Positions 1 to 11,879 of a DNA stretch of 64,000 nt are shown in pieces. How positions within the stretch are numbered: the stretch's first letter is position 1; the number at the start of each line of letters is the position of its first letter. The stretch covers positions 1-64,000 of the forward strand of contig NW_021832123.1 of NCBI RefSeq assembly GCF_006345805.1, in the 5' to 3' direction. The notes under the pieces were generated by a model. It worked only from the letters and a program-made list of their open reading frames with translations, did no database searches and was not told the DNA's origin. The position numbers and the translations under genes were made by a program. This DNA is from Octopus sinensis. Taxonomy: Eukaryota.

Positions 1-1042
1 TACCCCTTCTAAGCTTGCGTTTTAAAATTTTCAACAAGAGTTGCATAATTATTAGGATCCATACTCAGTTCTCCACGTGTGTGATATCAATCGAGCTCGT
101 TTTTTCAGGGAAACAGTTCTAAACCTTTGTCGACAATATTCACTTTTTAAAGCTCGTTTAAAACCTTCTTACCCCTTCTAAGCTTGCGTTTTAAAATTTT
201 CAACAAGAGTTGCATAATTATTAGGATCCATACTCAGTTCTCCAAGTGTGCCATATAAATCGAGCTCGTTTTTTCAGGGATCAGTTCTAAACCTTTTTCG
301 ACAATATTCACTTTTTAAAGCTCGTCTAAAACCTTCTTACCCTTCTTAAGCATGCGTTTTAACATTTTCAACAAGAGTTGCATAATTATAAGGATCTATA
401 CTCAGTTCTCCACGTGTGTCATATAAATCGAGCTCGTTTTTTCAGGGATCAGTTCTAAACCTTTTTCGACAAAATTTACTTTTTAAAGCTCGTCTAAAAC
501 CTTCTTACCCTCTTTAAGCATGCGTTTTAAAATTTTCAACAAGATTTGCGTAATTATAAAGATCTATACTCAGTTCTCCACGTGTGTCATATAAATCGAG
601 CTCGTTTTTTCAGGGATCAGTTCTAAACCTTTTTCGACAATATTCACTTTTTAAAGCTCGTCTAAAACCTTCTTACCCCTTCTAAGCATGCGTTTTAAAA
701 TTTTCAACAAGATTTGCGTAATTATAAAGATCTATACTCAGTTCTCCACGTGTGTCATATAAATCGAGCTCGTTTTTTCAGGGATCAGTTCTAAACCTTT
801 TTCGACAATATTCACTTTTTAAAGCTCGTCTAAAACCTTCTTACCCTTCTTAAGCATGCGTTTTAAAATTTTCAACAAGAGTTGCATAATTATAAGGATC
901 CATACTCAGTTCTCCACGTGTGTGATATCAATCGAGCTCGTTTTTTCAGGGGATCAGTTCTAAACCTTTTTCGACAAAATTTACTTTTTAAAGCTCGTCT
1001 AAAACCTTCTTACCCCTTCTAAGCTTGCGTTTTAAAATTTTC
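1..1042. repeat. Tandem satellite, 168-169 bp unit, about 6.2 copies visible (may extend left of the window)
   Basis: Unit starts (tacccYtYt) at 1, 170, 338, 506, 674, 842 and 1011; copies differ by scattered substitutions; the last copy is cut after aaaattttc. Confidence 0.97.
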
Positions 1043-1391
1043 CCTAACCCCTAACCCTAACCGCTAACCCTAACCGCTAACTCTTACCCCTAACCCTAAC
1101 CCCTAATCCCTAACCCCTAATCCCTAACCGCTAACCCTAACCTATAACCCTAACCTATGACCCTAACCCTAACCTAACCCTAACCCTACCCCAACCTAAC
1201 CCTAACCCCTAATCCCTAACCCCTAATCCCTAACCGCTAACCCTAACCTATAACCCCTACTATGACCCTAACCCTAACCCTAACCCTACCTTACCCTAAC
1301 CCTAACCCCTAATCCCTAACCCCTAATCCCTAACCGCTAACCCTAACCTATGACCCTAACCCTAACCCCTAACCCTAACCTATAACCCTAA
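1042..1391 (+). repeat. Telomere-type (CCCTAA)n tract with variant repeats (CCCCTAA, CCGCTAA, CCCTAAT, CCTATAA, CCTATGA)
   Basis: First CCCTAA at 1042-1047, last at 1386-1391. The C-rich strand is +, so telomere polarity points left. Confidence 0.95.
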
Positions 1392-1429
1392 CATAAAGAA
1401 AATTTATTTAAATTTAGAAAGAAAAAATA

Positions 1430-4400
1430 TTAGTTCCATATTTTTACGGTCTTATCGTAGGAGGATGTTAGAAGGAAACTAGTTGTGTTACTTATGAGTA
1501 GTTTAATGTCCGTGATAATACTACGGTGTCCCGATAGGTCTCTATCTCGGTTTCTTGATCGTGCAGTAGTTTCGTCGACTATATTTTTCTCATATATTTC
1601 TGAAAATTCTGGATAGTTCTTTTCGGAATATGAAATGTTGGAATATGACGAGTCAACCCAGCCCATTGATAGAACTTTGCTCTGAGAAATATTGGATAGA
1701 TTCCAATTGCGGATTCTCATGTCTGAGCCAACAGTGAGCAGCATGGACTGCTGTCTGTGCTCGTAGTTTACCATGCGAGATATGAAATTCTTTTTCCACG
1801 AACACCTGACATTGTCAATGTCCCCAATCGTAGTTATTCCCGTCGATACATGCGAGTATGGGACATTCCACAACATTATTGAGTTGTCACTATTATAGGA
1901 AGCTATCACTCCATGTTTATCCAGAGGGTTTACTATAACTGAACGAACTGCTCGACGCACATGGTCTGCAGGTGTTAAAATGGAAAATGGAGATCTGAAT
2001 CGAATATCCCAACACACACAGTTTCCGTGACCTGTTCCAACCACCAGCCACGACTTGGAATAGTCCACGTCAAAGCAGCTGCATCTGCCGTACTTCAGAG
2101 GAATAAAGTCGAGCGAAATCGGTTTGGGGACTCGGAGATCAATCATTGAGAGAGCCCCGTGACTAGTCAGTGCTATTACATAACCATTGGCACAAGAATC
2201 CCCACACACCGAAATCCCGACAGCCTTGCCCGAATCGGGGACTACGCTGGTTGTGACGTTGGTCTTTGTACTTTTCTCCACGTCATAAATGTGAAGCATC
2301 CCTGACTGACTGAGGACAACAAAGTTCCGGTCGTGTTGGAAGTGCTCCACAAAGAGAGGCTCCTTCACACGAGGGTGGGCACAAACATCAGCAATGGGCG
2401 TGTAAGATCCTCCCAGAATATCAGCAATTGACCAAATGCAATATTTCGAGTCCGAGGATGCAGACACAAAGTAGTTCCCGTTGTAATCTGCACTCAGACA
2501 GTGAACTGGAGCATCGTGGTAGAGAAGAGTGGTCAATTGAGTCCCCTGAAAGGTACCTTCCGATGCCCGAAAGCAGGTGGATGTACAACTCCTCCTCAAC
2601 TCATTAAACATGTTTTCTTCCCGTTTATTGCAGAGGAATTGGTGGAGATGTGCCGAATAATCATTTGGGAAGTACTTTCCTTGACTACCACTCGTCTCCA
2701 CCCGATTGCTCGACAATTGCACCAATTGGTCTGCCAGACTAATCGTCTTGTACAAATCCGTTTCAGAATCAGAAATGGGGCTTCGGTGGAGGACGTCCAG
2801 GAAATATGTTTTTAGTTTCAAAATTAATGAAACGTCGGAAAATGTCATTTGTTGAAATGTTCTCTTGAGAGTAGAGGACAAATCGTGAAATGCATCAATC
2901 GAATTCCAATCTTCATTTGCTCCACCAACTCTGGTTTCCAAAACAGAAAACAACACTCCCGGGTCGTTCGAAGACTTGGTAACACAATCAATCAAATCCC
3001 GTGCAATGGGAGGGGCAATTGCACGTGCAAATGTGACTGCATCCTCAATCAGATAAAACCGTTGGGCGACAATTCCGTCGAGATGAGGAAGGATGACACA
3101 CTGACTGAAGGCAAACCCAACACGTCTGGAGAGTGTGTGGACAAAGTGGATGGCTGATGTGCGGATCATTGTGTTGGGGTGTATCAAGAAGGGGATGATT
3201 CTCTTGAGCAATGACAGTAGCAGGCCAGTGTCGAGCATATCTTTATCCAATATCGCTTCAATGCAATCAATTGTTTCGTGGATAACAAATTCCTCACAAT
3301 CGGACAACCCTGCCTCGAAAAGTGGCAATAACATGCAAGATGTGTCATACAGCTGATTGAATATTCCTGGGAGGACTCGGAAAAACTCAGCCCTCACCTC
3401 CCAGCAGTCCTTTGTGTGTGCCAGATTGATAATATGCGGCATTATTGTCACACAAAAACGCTCCTCTCCAAAGAAATCAAAAATCTTGGCCATCGAACTT
3501 CTGAGGAGCTCCACGATAACGTCATAACTTTCGGTTATTTGGTGACTGTCGGTTTCTGATATTTTCTTGTAGATGGACGAGTCACGAGTGGTTAGCAGAG
3601 CTATCACCATGTCTCCAAAATACTCAGAGGACATTTCAAACTGTGAATCAACTGTCGCGAAATCAGTTTTGCTTAATTGCCGCGAAATCATTTCGAATAA
3701 ATCACCAATTCTTGCTGCCAAAGCCAGGCGGATCAAAGGCTTGTCGGTGTGGCACAAATTGTGGTAAGTGGGGATGATATAATCCAGCAATATGTCCTGC
3801 GACAGGCAGCTCGGCAGGGCAATCAAATAGTCCGTCACGAGGTTGATGGCTTCCGACGAGACATTCGAGTCCGCGTCCTCAAAAAACATAAAAATGTGCG
3901 GAATTGTCCGTTCAAAAAACACGGAGGCGTTCAAACGAGGCTCAAACAATTTGAAGAGATCAAAGGCGGTGTATTTGGCCTCAGTGGACGCGAGGTGTGG
4001 GAGGAAGGCCGTATACAAGGACAATAGTATCACATACGAGTTTCCACTCCACTCGGCAGCCCCCCCTCCCAGATGGCTCGTGATGTCCGCCCATCGTCTG
4101 TGCATGTCCGTGATTATATAATCGGCCGTGGCGTTGACAGTGGAATTTATTTGTTCCATGAGTTGCATGAGATAGGCGTAGTGTGGCTCGGGGAAGTATT
4201 TGTTTATGTAATATTCCGGCGTGTGTCGGTGAGTTGGGTTCTCCGCAATCATCGAACTGACCATTTCCCGGACATGAGGATCCCCAATCTCGTTGATGGT
4301 GGCCTGTGCGGCCTGATTGTCAGGTTTGCCAATGGCAGTGTTGCCCGACAGAACATAGAGCGGCTTCCCGTCCAAGCACAGTTCGAGGACAACACATCCA

Positions 4401-5116
4401 AGGGAGAACACGTCCATGCACCACTCCCCCTCGTCACTCAGGTCGATGAATTGAATGTCCTGTGACTTGTAGAACCGTTCGGTGGCAGTGTAACACACTC
4501 TTCGGTGGGACGTGTCGAACAGGAATGTGTACTCAGTCGGGTTCGACTCGGACAGGTAGACGGGCTTGTAACTCGCAAAGTCGGTGACGAACACAAAGTT
4601 CCAGCTCGTGAGCATTATGTTGTCGGGTTTGAGGTCGCCGTGGTAGACCTACGACTTAGTCACCCACATACTCGATTCCGTTTGCACAGGTTGAGGGCGC
4701 ACAGGAGTTGAAATATTATCCACTTTTTCTCGACCCACAAAAGCGGGGGGTTTAAATGCATTCTGTCGAGGAGAGTAGTCTGGAGGTATGGCCTCATCAA
4801 ACACGCCACTTTGTCTTTGATCACCGCCTTCGAATGTTTTTATTTACTCAACTTTGTAAGGCAGACAGTTTACGGACGCACACAGCGCTCGTTCAATGAA
4901 ACTTGTCTTGTCTTTTATCTTTTTAATCGAATTTAACATTTCGGGGGTGAAGGACGTGAATTTGACCACATAGGGCTGTCCTTCGAACATTACTTTTCCC
5001 GTCTTGAAAAATAGTGTTCTTCCAAGTGTTTTCGTGAGACTAAAGTTGAAGGTTTGGCAGTATTCCTCCAGACTTTCCGACTTTTGATCAGCCGGGACTA
5101 TTAGTTTGTTTCCCAT
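1430..5116 (-). CDS. PIK3R4: Vps15 / PI3K regulatory subunit 4 (kinase-like, HEAT and WD40 domains)
   Basis: N-terminal MGNKL myristoylation-type start at 5116. Introns 4828-4852 (25 nt) and 4649-4671 (23 nt) restore CLPYKAVIKDKVACLMRPY and VYHGDLKPDNIMLTSWN..TDFASYKP. HEAT and WD40 regions lie in the 1061-aa ORF. Confidence 0.95.
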
Positions 5117-5212
5117 TGGATTGTACACAAAAATATGACTCAATAAATTCAAATATATTTAAGAGCAATTACAAAAATGTACCTAAATTCCATAATTAAT
5201 TAAACAAAAAAG

Positions 5213-6675
5213 CTATAAAGAGGATTGAGCGTATTCGAGGAGGGCAGGAGTGGCAACGGGAATGAGCGAAGTGACAATCAACTGTCTGTCAATGGAGAGT
5301 GCCACACTTTGGAAATACTTTGTGCTCATTTTATGCAAGTACGACAAGAACCCAGCCTCCACCAAATGCTCGAACACCTTCGACTGACCAACCAGGCGTA
5401 CCTTGAAGAGCACTTCTCGTCCACACCTCGGAAAGGAGGGTCTGTGGCGACACACACTATCGAATTCTACAATGACAAAACAGCAAACCCTTATAAATCA
5501 TATCAAATGTAATATTCTCACTGTACTTGCCCGACAGATTACACACCACCAGCAGCAGAATTATTTCCACTGTCGGGAGACCTCAAATAAGAGCAAATAT
5601 AAGACCAGTCAGGTCTATGATCTTGTAGTCCGCCGAAATGATATCCCAGGCGGAGATAACATCCTCCACTCGCAGGTAGTCGTCGTCCCTAGCATGGGCG
5701 CACACCAAACACTAAACAACTAATTCAAATATTGAACCAATAATTTATTTATTTGTTCAAGAGATTTAGAATAATTAAATTGCATTTTCAATATATTCAA
5801 TATTTGACAGTCAGTAAATAACGACTTAAATTAGTTTTTTACTTACCTTTATATAGGAATTCCATTTTTTCGACGTTATCGATAGGTTTTGTGGAATCTA
5901 TATAAATTTAATTAATAAGCTGTTATACCACTGATTTAGCAGACAGCAGAGACACAGTGAAATCAACGAATTCGTGGAATGAAAAAGTATTAATCAGCTG
6001 GAGAACCCTCCCCGAAAATCGAGACCTCACTCGTTTCTCCAATAATTCGACAATATCCTAATAACTGTGGCACTGGCTAGATTACAAGTCGCCGGGTAGT
6101 ACCAATAACCAAGGTGGGCACCTCCCCGACGTGAGTGGCCGAAAAGAGGGAGTAGAGCATATTCTGGCGCTGTCGATTGGCCAGCAAGTCAATCCCCTCA
6201 ATCAGAAACACAATCATTTTGTCTGGAAGAATAAACACGTCCACAACCTTGTCGAGCAAAGTTGACTACTGTTTGCATGTTGCTCATAAAATTGGTCTTG
6301 AATAGGAAAGGACAGTACTTGGTTGCACTCCTCGCCGAATATTGCCGACAACTGGTGGGCTGCGTCTGCAAAGGCGGCCTTGTCGTCGTTGTATAAATTG
6401 CCTTGCATCAGTGCGGAATACATTACAGTGCAGTCGTACTACATTCACTTGATTGTCTGTGCATAGAATATCGCTTTCCAGTCGATTTAGTAACTGCTGT
6501 GCAAAGTGGTGGAATACTGTTGTTTTGCCGCTGCCTTCCGACCCGACGATTATTATTGAGTCACTGACGTTGCAGTCGATTAGATTCTTCAAACTATTTT
6601 TTAATGAACTTGATTTATATTTTAAGTATACTTGTATGTCGAATCCTGCCACTTTATTGATGTACCACGAGACAT
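5213..6675 (-). CDS. ORC4: Origin recognition complex subunit 4 (AAA+)
   Basis: Walker A IIIVGSEGSGKT; RQNMLYSLF; DIVELLEKRVRSRFS; C-terminal KVFEHL..ALLEYAQSSL. Several 21-34 nt GT-AG introns. Confidence 0.88.
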
Positions 6676-7059
6676 TTTATACAATTGTTTGTTTCTAAAT
6701 TGATTTTTAAATTTAATGTGTTTAATTGGAGTTAATATCTTACTAGTATTTGTAAATTGCCTTATCTTTTGTGGATATATAGTAAAACCTCTTTTTACGC
6801 CATCTTTGATAAGAAATTATGGCTGTAATTCTTTGTTAAAGTGAGGAGAACAAAAATCCTCAACAAATTGAGTTAAAAAAGCTACGAATATATTATCTCT
6901 TACCAAAAGAATTGGAGATGATACACCTTGCAAGTATCAAGGTTGTTTGAACCGTTCTTACATGTAATTTCCTTGTGACAATCTCCTCTAATCCCCATCT
7001 CACTTGCTAAAATATATCTAGTCAGTCAACACAAGTGGAAAAACTCATTTAATCATTGC

Positions 7060-8345
7060 CACTAAGCCAGTCCTTCCCGATTCGTTTTGAGTTCGCATCC
7101 CTAAAATTTTGAAAGTCAACCTGGCACCCCCATTTTTAAATCTAGCAGAAAATTTTATTACAAAAATCATTTAAAAAATTATTTAGGTTCCTTGAGATTT
7201 TTCTTGCCTTTTAGTCTTAATTCTTCGAAACGCGGTTTTTTGTTTGCTAGTGCAATTCTGAGATCTTTTTCAGTGCTAAGAGAGTTTCTGTTCTTATTTT
7301 TTATATATAGTAGAGATGAAAATCCAGATTCACATAGCCAAGTTGTTGCAAATAGTATCAGAACTTCCAGTGCTTTCTTTTGAAGTTTCGGGAATCCTGC
7401 TTGCAAACCGCATCAAAAAACCTTCAAAGAGTTTGAGTCGTACAACATTTTCAGTGATGTAGATCCTTGCAATTCAATCAAATTGTCTTAACTTCGTTTT
7501 TATCATGCATCTTTTACATTTTGAAAACAAATGGATTAACAATTCAGGTATCAGAATCTTCGATATTTTCGAGTAGAAAATATCCATCAAATGAATTTTT
7601 TAAACATTCAAGATGATTGTTGATTTCTTTTTTAATAGTTTTATCAAAAGTCAAGTCGGAATCAATAGCAACTTTATCCAACCTTGAAAAATAGGCAAAA
7701 TTATTGTCTTGAATACGGCGAGTCCATAACAAAAGTTTATTCCTGAAGGCATTTTGATTGTCAGAAACATTAATAATGCTTATCCCTTTCCCTTGAATTG
7801 AAAGATTCAACTCGTAAAGGTGATTGAAAATGTCATCCAAATATGCTTGGATTGAAATTTTGATCGAAGAATTCTTTATGTCCGAAACAACTTGATTAAG
7901 AATATCATCACTGATACAAATAATTCTATCGCGGATAGAATTATTTGACAAAGGAATCTGCTGCAATTTTCGTGAGGCGTCTGGACCCAGAATTGTTTTC
8001 ACAATTTCCAATGCATATGGTTTAATAAGAATCTCGCCAATTATTATTATTATTATTGAACCAGAAAACCACCGTCATAGCCAAAAGAAAGAAGAATTCA
8101 GGTGATCCCAGCCTCCCTCAGCAGTTCGCGCAGCCTCTCCCGATGTTCCGCCGTTGTCCCGACGCATTTTCGGTACGGACGGCTTCTTCGATTTTGCCAC
8201 TTCATATGCTACTTGGAATGATGATAAAAGTAACTTAAATTTTCTTGCTATATATTTTATTTGTAAATCATTATAATATATGTAAAAGTAATCATGATTT
8301 TTAAAATCGTTCCAGGTACCCCCTAAAAAATTTCAAGTACCGCAG
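7060..8345 (-). mobile_element. Decayed hAT (Buster/Charlie, ZBED5/8-like) transposase remnant
   Basis: IPLSNNSIRDRI, LNLSIQG and FATTWLCESGFSSLLYIKNKNRNSL..DLRIAL are Buster-type motifs; the frame is broken by stops and frameshifts. Boundaries approximate. Confidence 0.82.
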
Positions 8346-8479
8346 GAAGCACTGCACTAAAGAAAACTTGTGGAAATAACGCCTCATCAACCAGAACAGT
8401 TTGAATTGCGAACGACTACAACCGCTGTACATGCAGGTTGCAAATTTTTTAATTCTATCCACGCTTCTCTCTTGTGGCT

Positions 8480-8735
8480 GTCAAGCGCGATTTCACGAAC
8501 AGTTAATTCACACTACGTTTTCATTCTCCTGAAAAGCAGACTACATACGGTGCTTGCACTACTAGCTCAGACCTGATCCTTGGGCGTAAATGCAATCAGC
8601 TTCGTTCAGGAGATCGGGTCTCGCATGTCCGCTCTCACAGGCGACTCCCGCGAATCAAGATGGTTTTTTGAGCGGATATTCCTCACGATAGTACGCTCTA
8701 ATTCTTTCTCGATCGCGTTAGCTTCCCGCCCGTTT
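8480..8735. ncRNA. Candidate structured non-coding RNA, family unassigned
   Basis: CpG-rich island without a credible ORF. Nested complementary pairs 8484-8491/8712-8719, 8525-8533/8605-8613 and 8628-8634/8670-8676. Confidence 0.3.
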
Positions 8736-8808
8736 AATTAATCAACATTAATTTTGACGAATACTAGATGATGAATTGGAAAAATAATCTAATAAAATAA
8801 ACTAAGAT

Positions 8809-8889
8809 CGCTGCGAGCAGGATTCAAACCTGCGCGGGTTACCCCAACGGATTTCGAATCCGTCGCCTTAACCACTCGGCCATCGCAGC
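8809..8889 (-). tRNA. tRNA-Ser, anticodon CGA
   Basis: GCTGCGA/TCGCAGC acceptor stem, D-loop TGGCCGAGTGGTTAAGGC, ACGGA-TTCGAAA-TCCGT anticodon arm, long variable arm, GCAGG-TTTGAAT-CCTGC T arm, G discriminator, downstream T runs. Confidence 0.93.
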
Positions 8890-9231
8890 GTTTCTTATGT
8901 TCTTGTTTAAAAAAGGAGGAATGAATACCTTTAAATGGTTATTATTGCCAAATTAGAATGAGTAGATTGTTAGTTTCATTAATCAAAATTATTTGCAAAT
9001 AATTTCTTCTGGTAGGAAGAATAAACTTCCAAATGACCCATCTTCGAATTCATATCGCTTAAAAAAATATGTTTTTCTTTACCATTTCTAGTTCTGTTTC
9101 AAACCGTCGATAAATTATTTTAAACTTCTTGGGTTCAAAATTAGGGTCGATTGTAGTTAGAGATGTAATGAGTTCGCCTTCACTCAGTTCTGACGTTCCC
9201 TTATTTTTTAAATTAAACATATAATTTAATA

Positions 9232-10500
9232 TTAAAATTGATTTACCGTAAACTTAACCATCGAAATCTCTTCCTCATGCTGACTGTTGATATCCACGAC
9301 CACACGTTTGGTAAAAAGGACAGTAAAGTGGTCGATTGAATATTTCCCATCAAAATGTTGTATTTTGAGTGTCTGGGGCTGAGAGGTTATCATTTCCTCA
9401 ATAATGGGGATAAATTCTGTTGATGACATTTACATACTCATTTTTTGGAATATCAAAGAATAATTTTCATTTCTGTGGGATATCCAATGACCGACAATGT
9501 TCATGATTAATACGTTTATTCAGGATTGTATTTATTCTAATAAACTCAATCAATACTCGACAAATAACCTTAATTATACAAAATTGTGTTACTCCTGTAT
9601 TCTGTTCTCACACGAATAGCCTGGAATGTCAAACCTATCTCTAAAATGACATCCCAAATTAAGAATTGGCACAACATATTTTTTAATCAGTCTCCTAAAC
9701 TGCTGACCCAAATAGTCTTGATTTCCCGACATTAATCATTCAGAGACATCGCGAAACAGCACTAATAATCTCCTCGAACCAGTCAAACTCTATCCCTGGT
9801 TGGCAAACGGACACAATCTCTTAGCCTGTGATTCTACTGAGATTAAATATGTCAGACTCATACGGCAAAACTAATATGGTTTCCATCCTCTCTCATGAAA
9901 GCGTAATGGGGGAAAATTTTTCTTAAATGCATTGACATGTTAAGACAGCACTCGATTCTATCTGATTTCCTTTCCTACACAAACATGTTGGGCTCAACCA
10001 TGAGAGGTGGGAAACGCCCTGATGGGATGACCATGTTGAACTGTAGAATTTGCCTGTATAGGACACGATCTGCAAAAACACCAACGCGTCTACTTTCCTA
10101 AACCTCTCGATGGCGACTCCAAGACACGTCTTCTTGCGCTTTTTGCAAAATTTCTTTGACCTTTGTCAGCTGGTGATTAAAAAAACTTTCTTTGTCATTC
10201 TCTGGCAATTGTAAGCCAATTTATTTTCAGAGTAGTTAATGGAATTTAACATGTCATTGTCGTGGACTGTATTTTCAAATTATTACTAATAGTCCATTTT
10301 GTCTACTGTTCTCATTCAGACATCTCATTATTGTTCAAGTCGGATTGGAATTTAAAGATGCCACAAAAATATAAAATGCTGCCAGGAAAACAAAAAGGAT
10401 GGACTAATTCATGCCAATTGACTAATTAAGTTATTAATGCATTATCCCCGAGTGAATAAATTACTTCCTCTATCATTCACATATTTGGTTTGGCAGTAAG
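9232..10500 (-). CDS. Spliced protein-coding gene of unknown function (possibly type II membrane protein)
   Basis: Open exon-like stretches (ENDKESFFNHQLTKVKEILQK; LMSGNQDYLGQQFRRLIKKYVVP) separated by GT..AG micro-introns; hydrophobic segment near 10340-10400. Ends uncertain. Confidence 0.4.
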
Positions 10501-10686
10501 CAAATTCGATCCACTGTCTTCTTTTCAAACAGATATCCCTCTTACGGAAAAGAAAACAAAACTTGATCAAGAAAAAAATATTTAGGTATTGATTGACTAT
10601 TTATCAATATAATAAAATTATTTATTAAAATAAAATTGTATTGGTTTAATAAATTGTGTAAAAACCAATAAATTAGTTTGTGGGAA

Positions 10687-11775
10687 ATGGAGTCAACTAA
10701 TCAGGCCATTCTGACAACTGGTACGAGAATTCTATCAGAAATCCTCGAATCCCGACACAAGGCAGTCTCCAAAGGGTGCCCAAACTATTCATTTCTCTAG
10801 ATTAAAGCCAGATATGATACACGGCAAAATCCACGGTAATTTACTTTAGAAAACATTTTAGACTTTTTTGAAATTACGTACAAAATCAGCAATCCGAAGG
10901 ATAGTCGACAGAACGTGCGAGTTAGTGCTCCCCCCGACCCCCTCAGATCGAAATGCAGTTCCCCCTGATGAACAAACTGGACAAAATAATCCAAGGCCCC
11001 CTCAAAGACTTTTACGGGGACTGCATTTCCTTCCCTTCCGGTTGGTGTGGTCAAAGCAGTGCAGGCAGCACGGCCGTGCTGGACTACAATTTGACTGAGG
11101 ACGGGCTCGACAAGCTCAAGAAGGCGGAACATCTCAAACGCACGTGCATTCGTGGACTTGTCTCGAACTACATCGAGGGGGCCTCGAAAGGAGAGAAGCG
11201 AGACAATCTGACACTGAGTGTGGGGAGGAGTGACAAACTGTTGTGGGTGTGACTGACTGTAGTTACCTGCAAACCACGGGGAGTATGTTTTGTGCCATCT
11301 TTGCCATTGCCAACGATGACCCCGCCTACTTCCTCTTCCTCAGACAGTTCGCCCAGGAGTTCAAAAACCTGCAAAAATACAACAACACGGCCCCCGCTGT
11401 GAGTTACTCAGAACGAGACCCCCCGAAGGAACTCGACGTGTTCAATGTGGGGGCTCAGCCGAATATTTTCTACATCACTCTGAGTGACTGCCCACTCAAT
11501 AGTGTAGTGGTGGACGAACGACACTTCACGGAGAAGGGACGGCAGGTGGTGGCCGACATGGTGACAATCATGCCCATGCAGATATATTACACTGTGTCCA
11601 ACTATAATGTACTCCTCTTGAGGGATGGTAGATGTTCTTCATCTCCCGCCTTCGAGACCAGAGTGTCATGTTGATGAAGAGGATCAACAGATGCAAGTAT
11701 GCCAGGCCCGCTGAGAAGAAGACTGCTGGGTGCCTGTTGCCCATTTATCGTAGGGGTAAGACTATTCCGGCATAG
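10687..11775 (+). CDS. ARPC2: Arp2/3 complex subunit 2 (p34-Arc), divergent
   Basis: DFFEITYKISNP, AEHLKRTC, FAQEFK..TAPAVSYSERDPPKEL and terminal ARPAEKKTAGGKT (after a 24-nt intron) follow ARPC2 motif order. Confidence 0.8.
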
Positions 11776-11879
11776 TCCTCCGAAACACTATTTGACTAAT
11801 ATGGATATTCCTTAAATTAAAAGGATTGAACATTCTTGTAGTTAATAGTCCAATTTTCAAAGAGACACACAATTAATAA

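Noticed and set aside
1-1042. CRISPR array
   Set aside because: Contiguous 168-bp units with no unique spacers, no cas genes, and a eukaryotic context.
4790-4860. Apparent frameshift in the VPS15 N-terminus
   Set aside because: On recount, the 25-nt intron 4828-4852 restores the frame (AVIKDKVACLMRPY).
8390-8735. Firm call as RNase P/MRP, U12, U3 or SRP RNA
   Set aside because: The P4 partner reads TTCAAAC rather than TTCAGAC, there is no U12 GUAAGGA branch-pairing motif, no C/D boxes and no SRP helix-8 motif; kept only as an unassigned candidate.
8809-8889. tRNA-Sec, suggested by SEPSECS in the window
   Set aside because: Anticodon is CGA and the stems are the standard 7/5 serine type.
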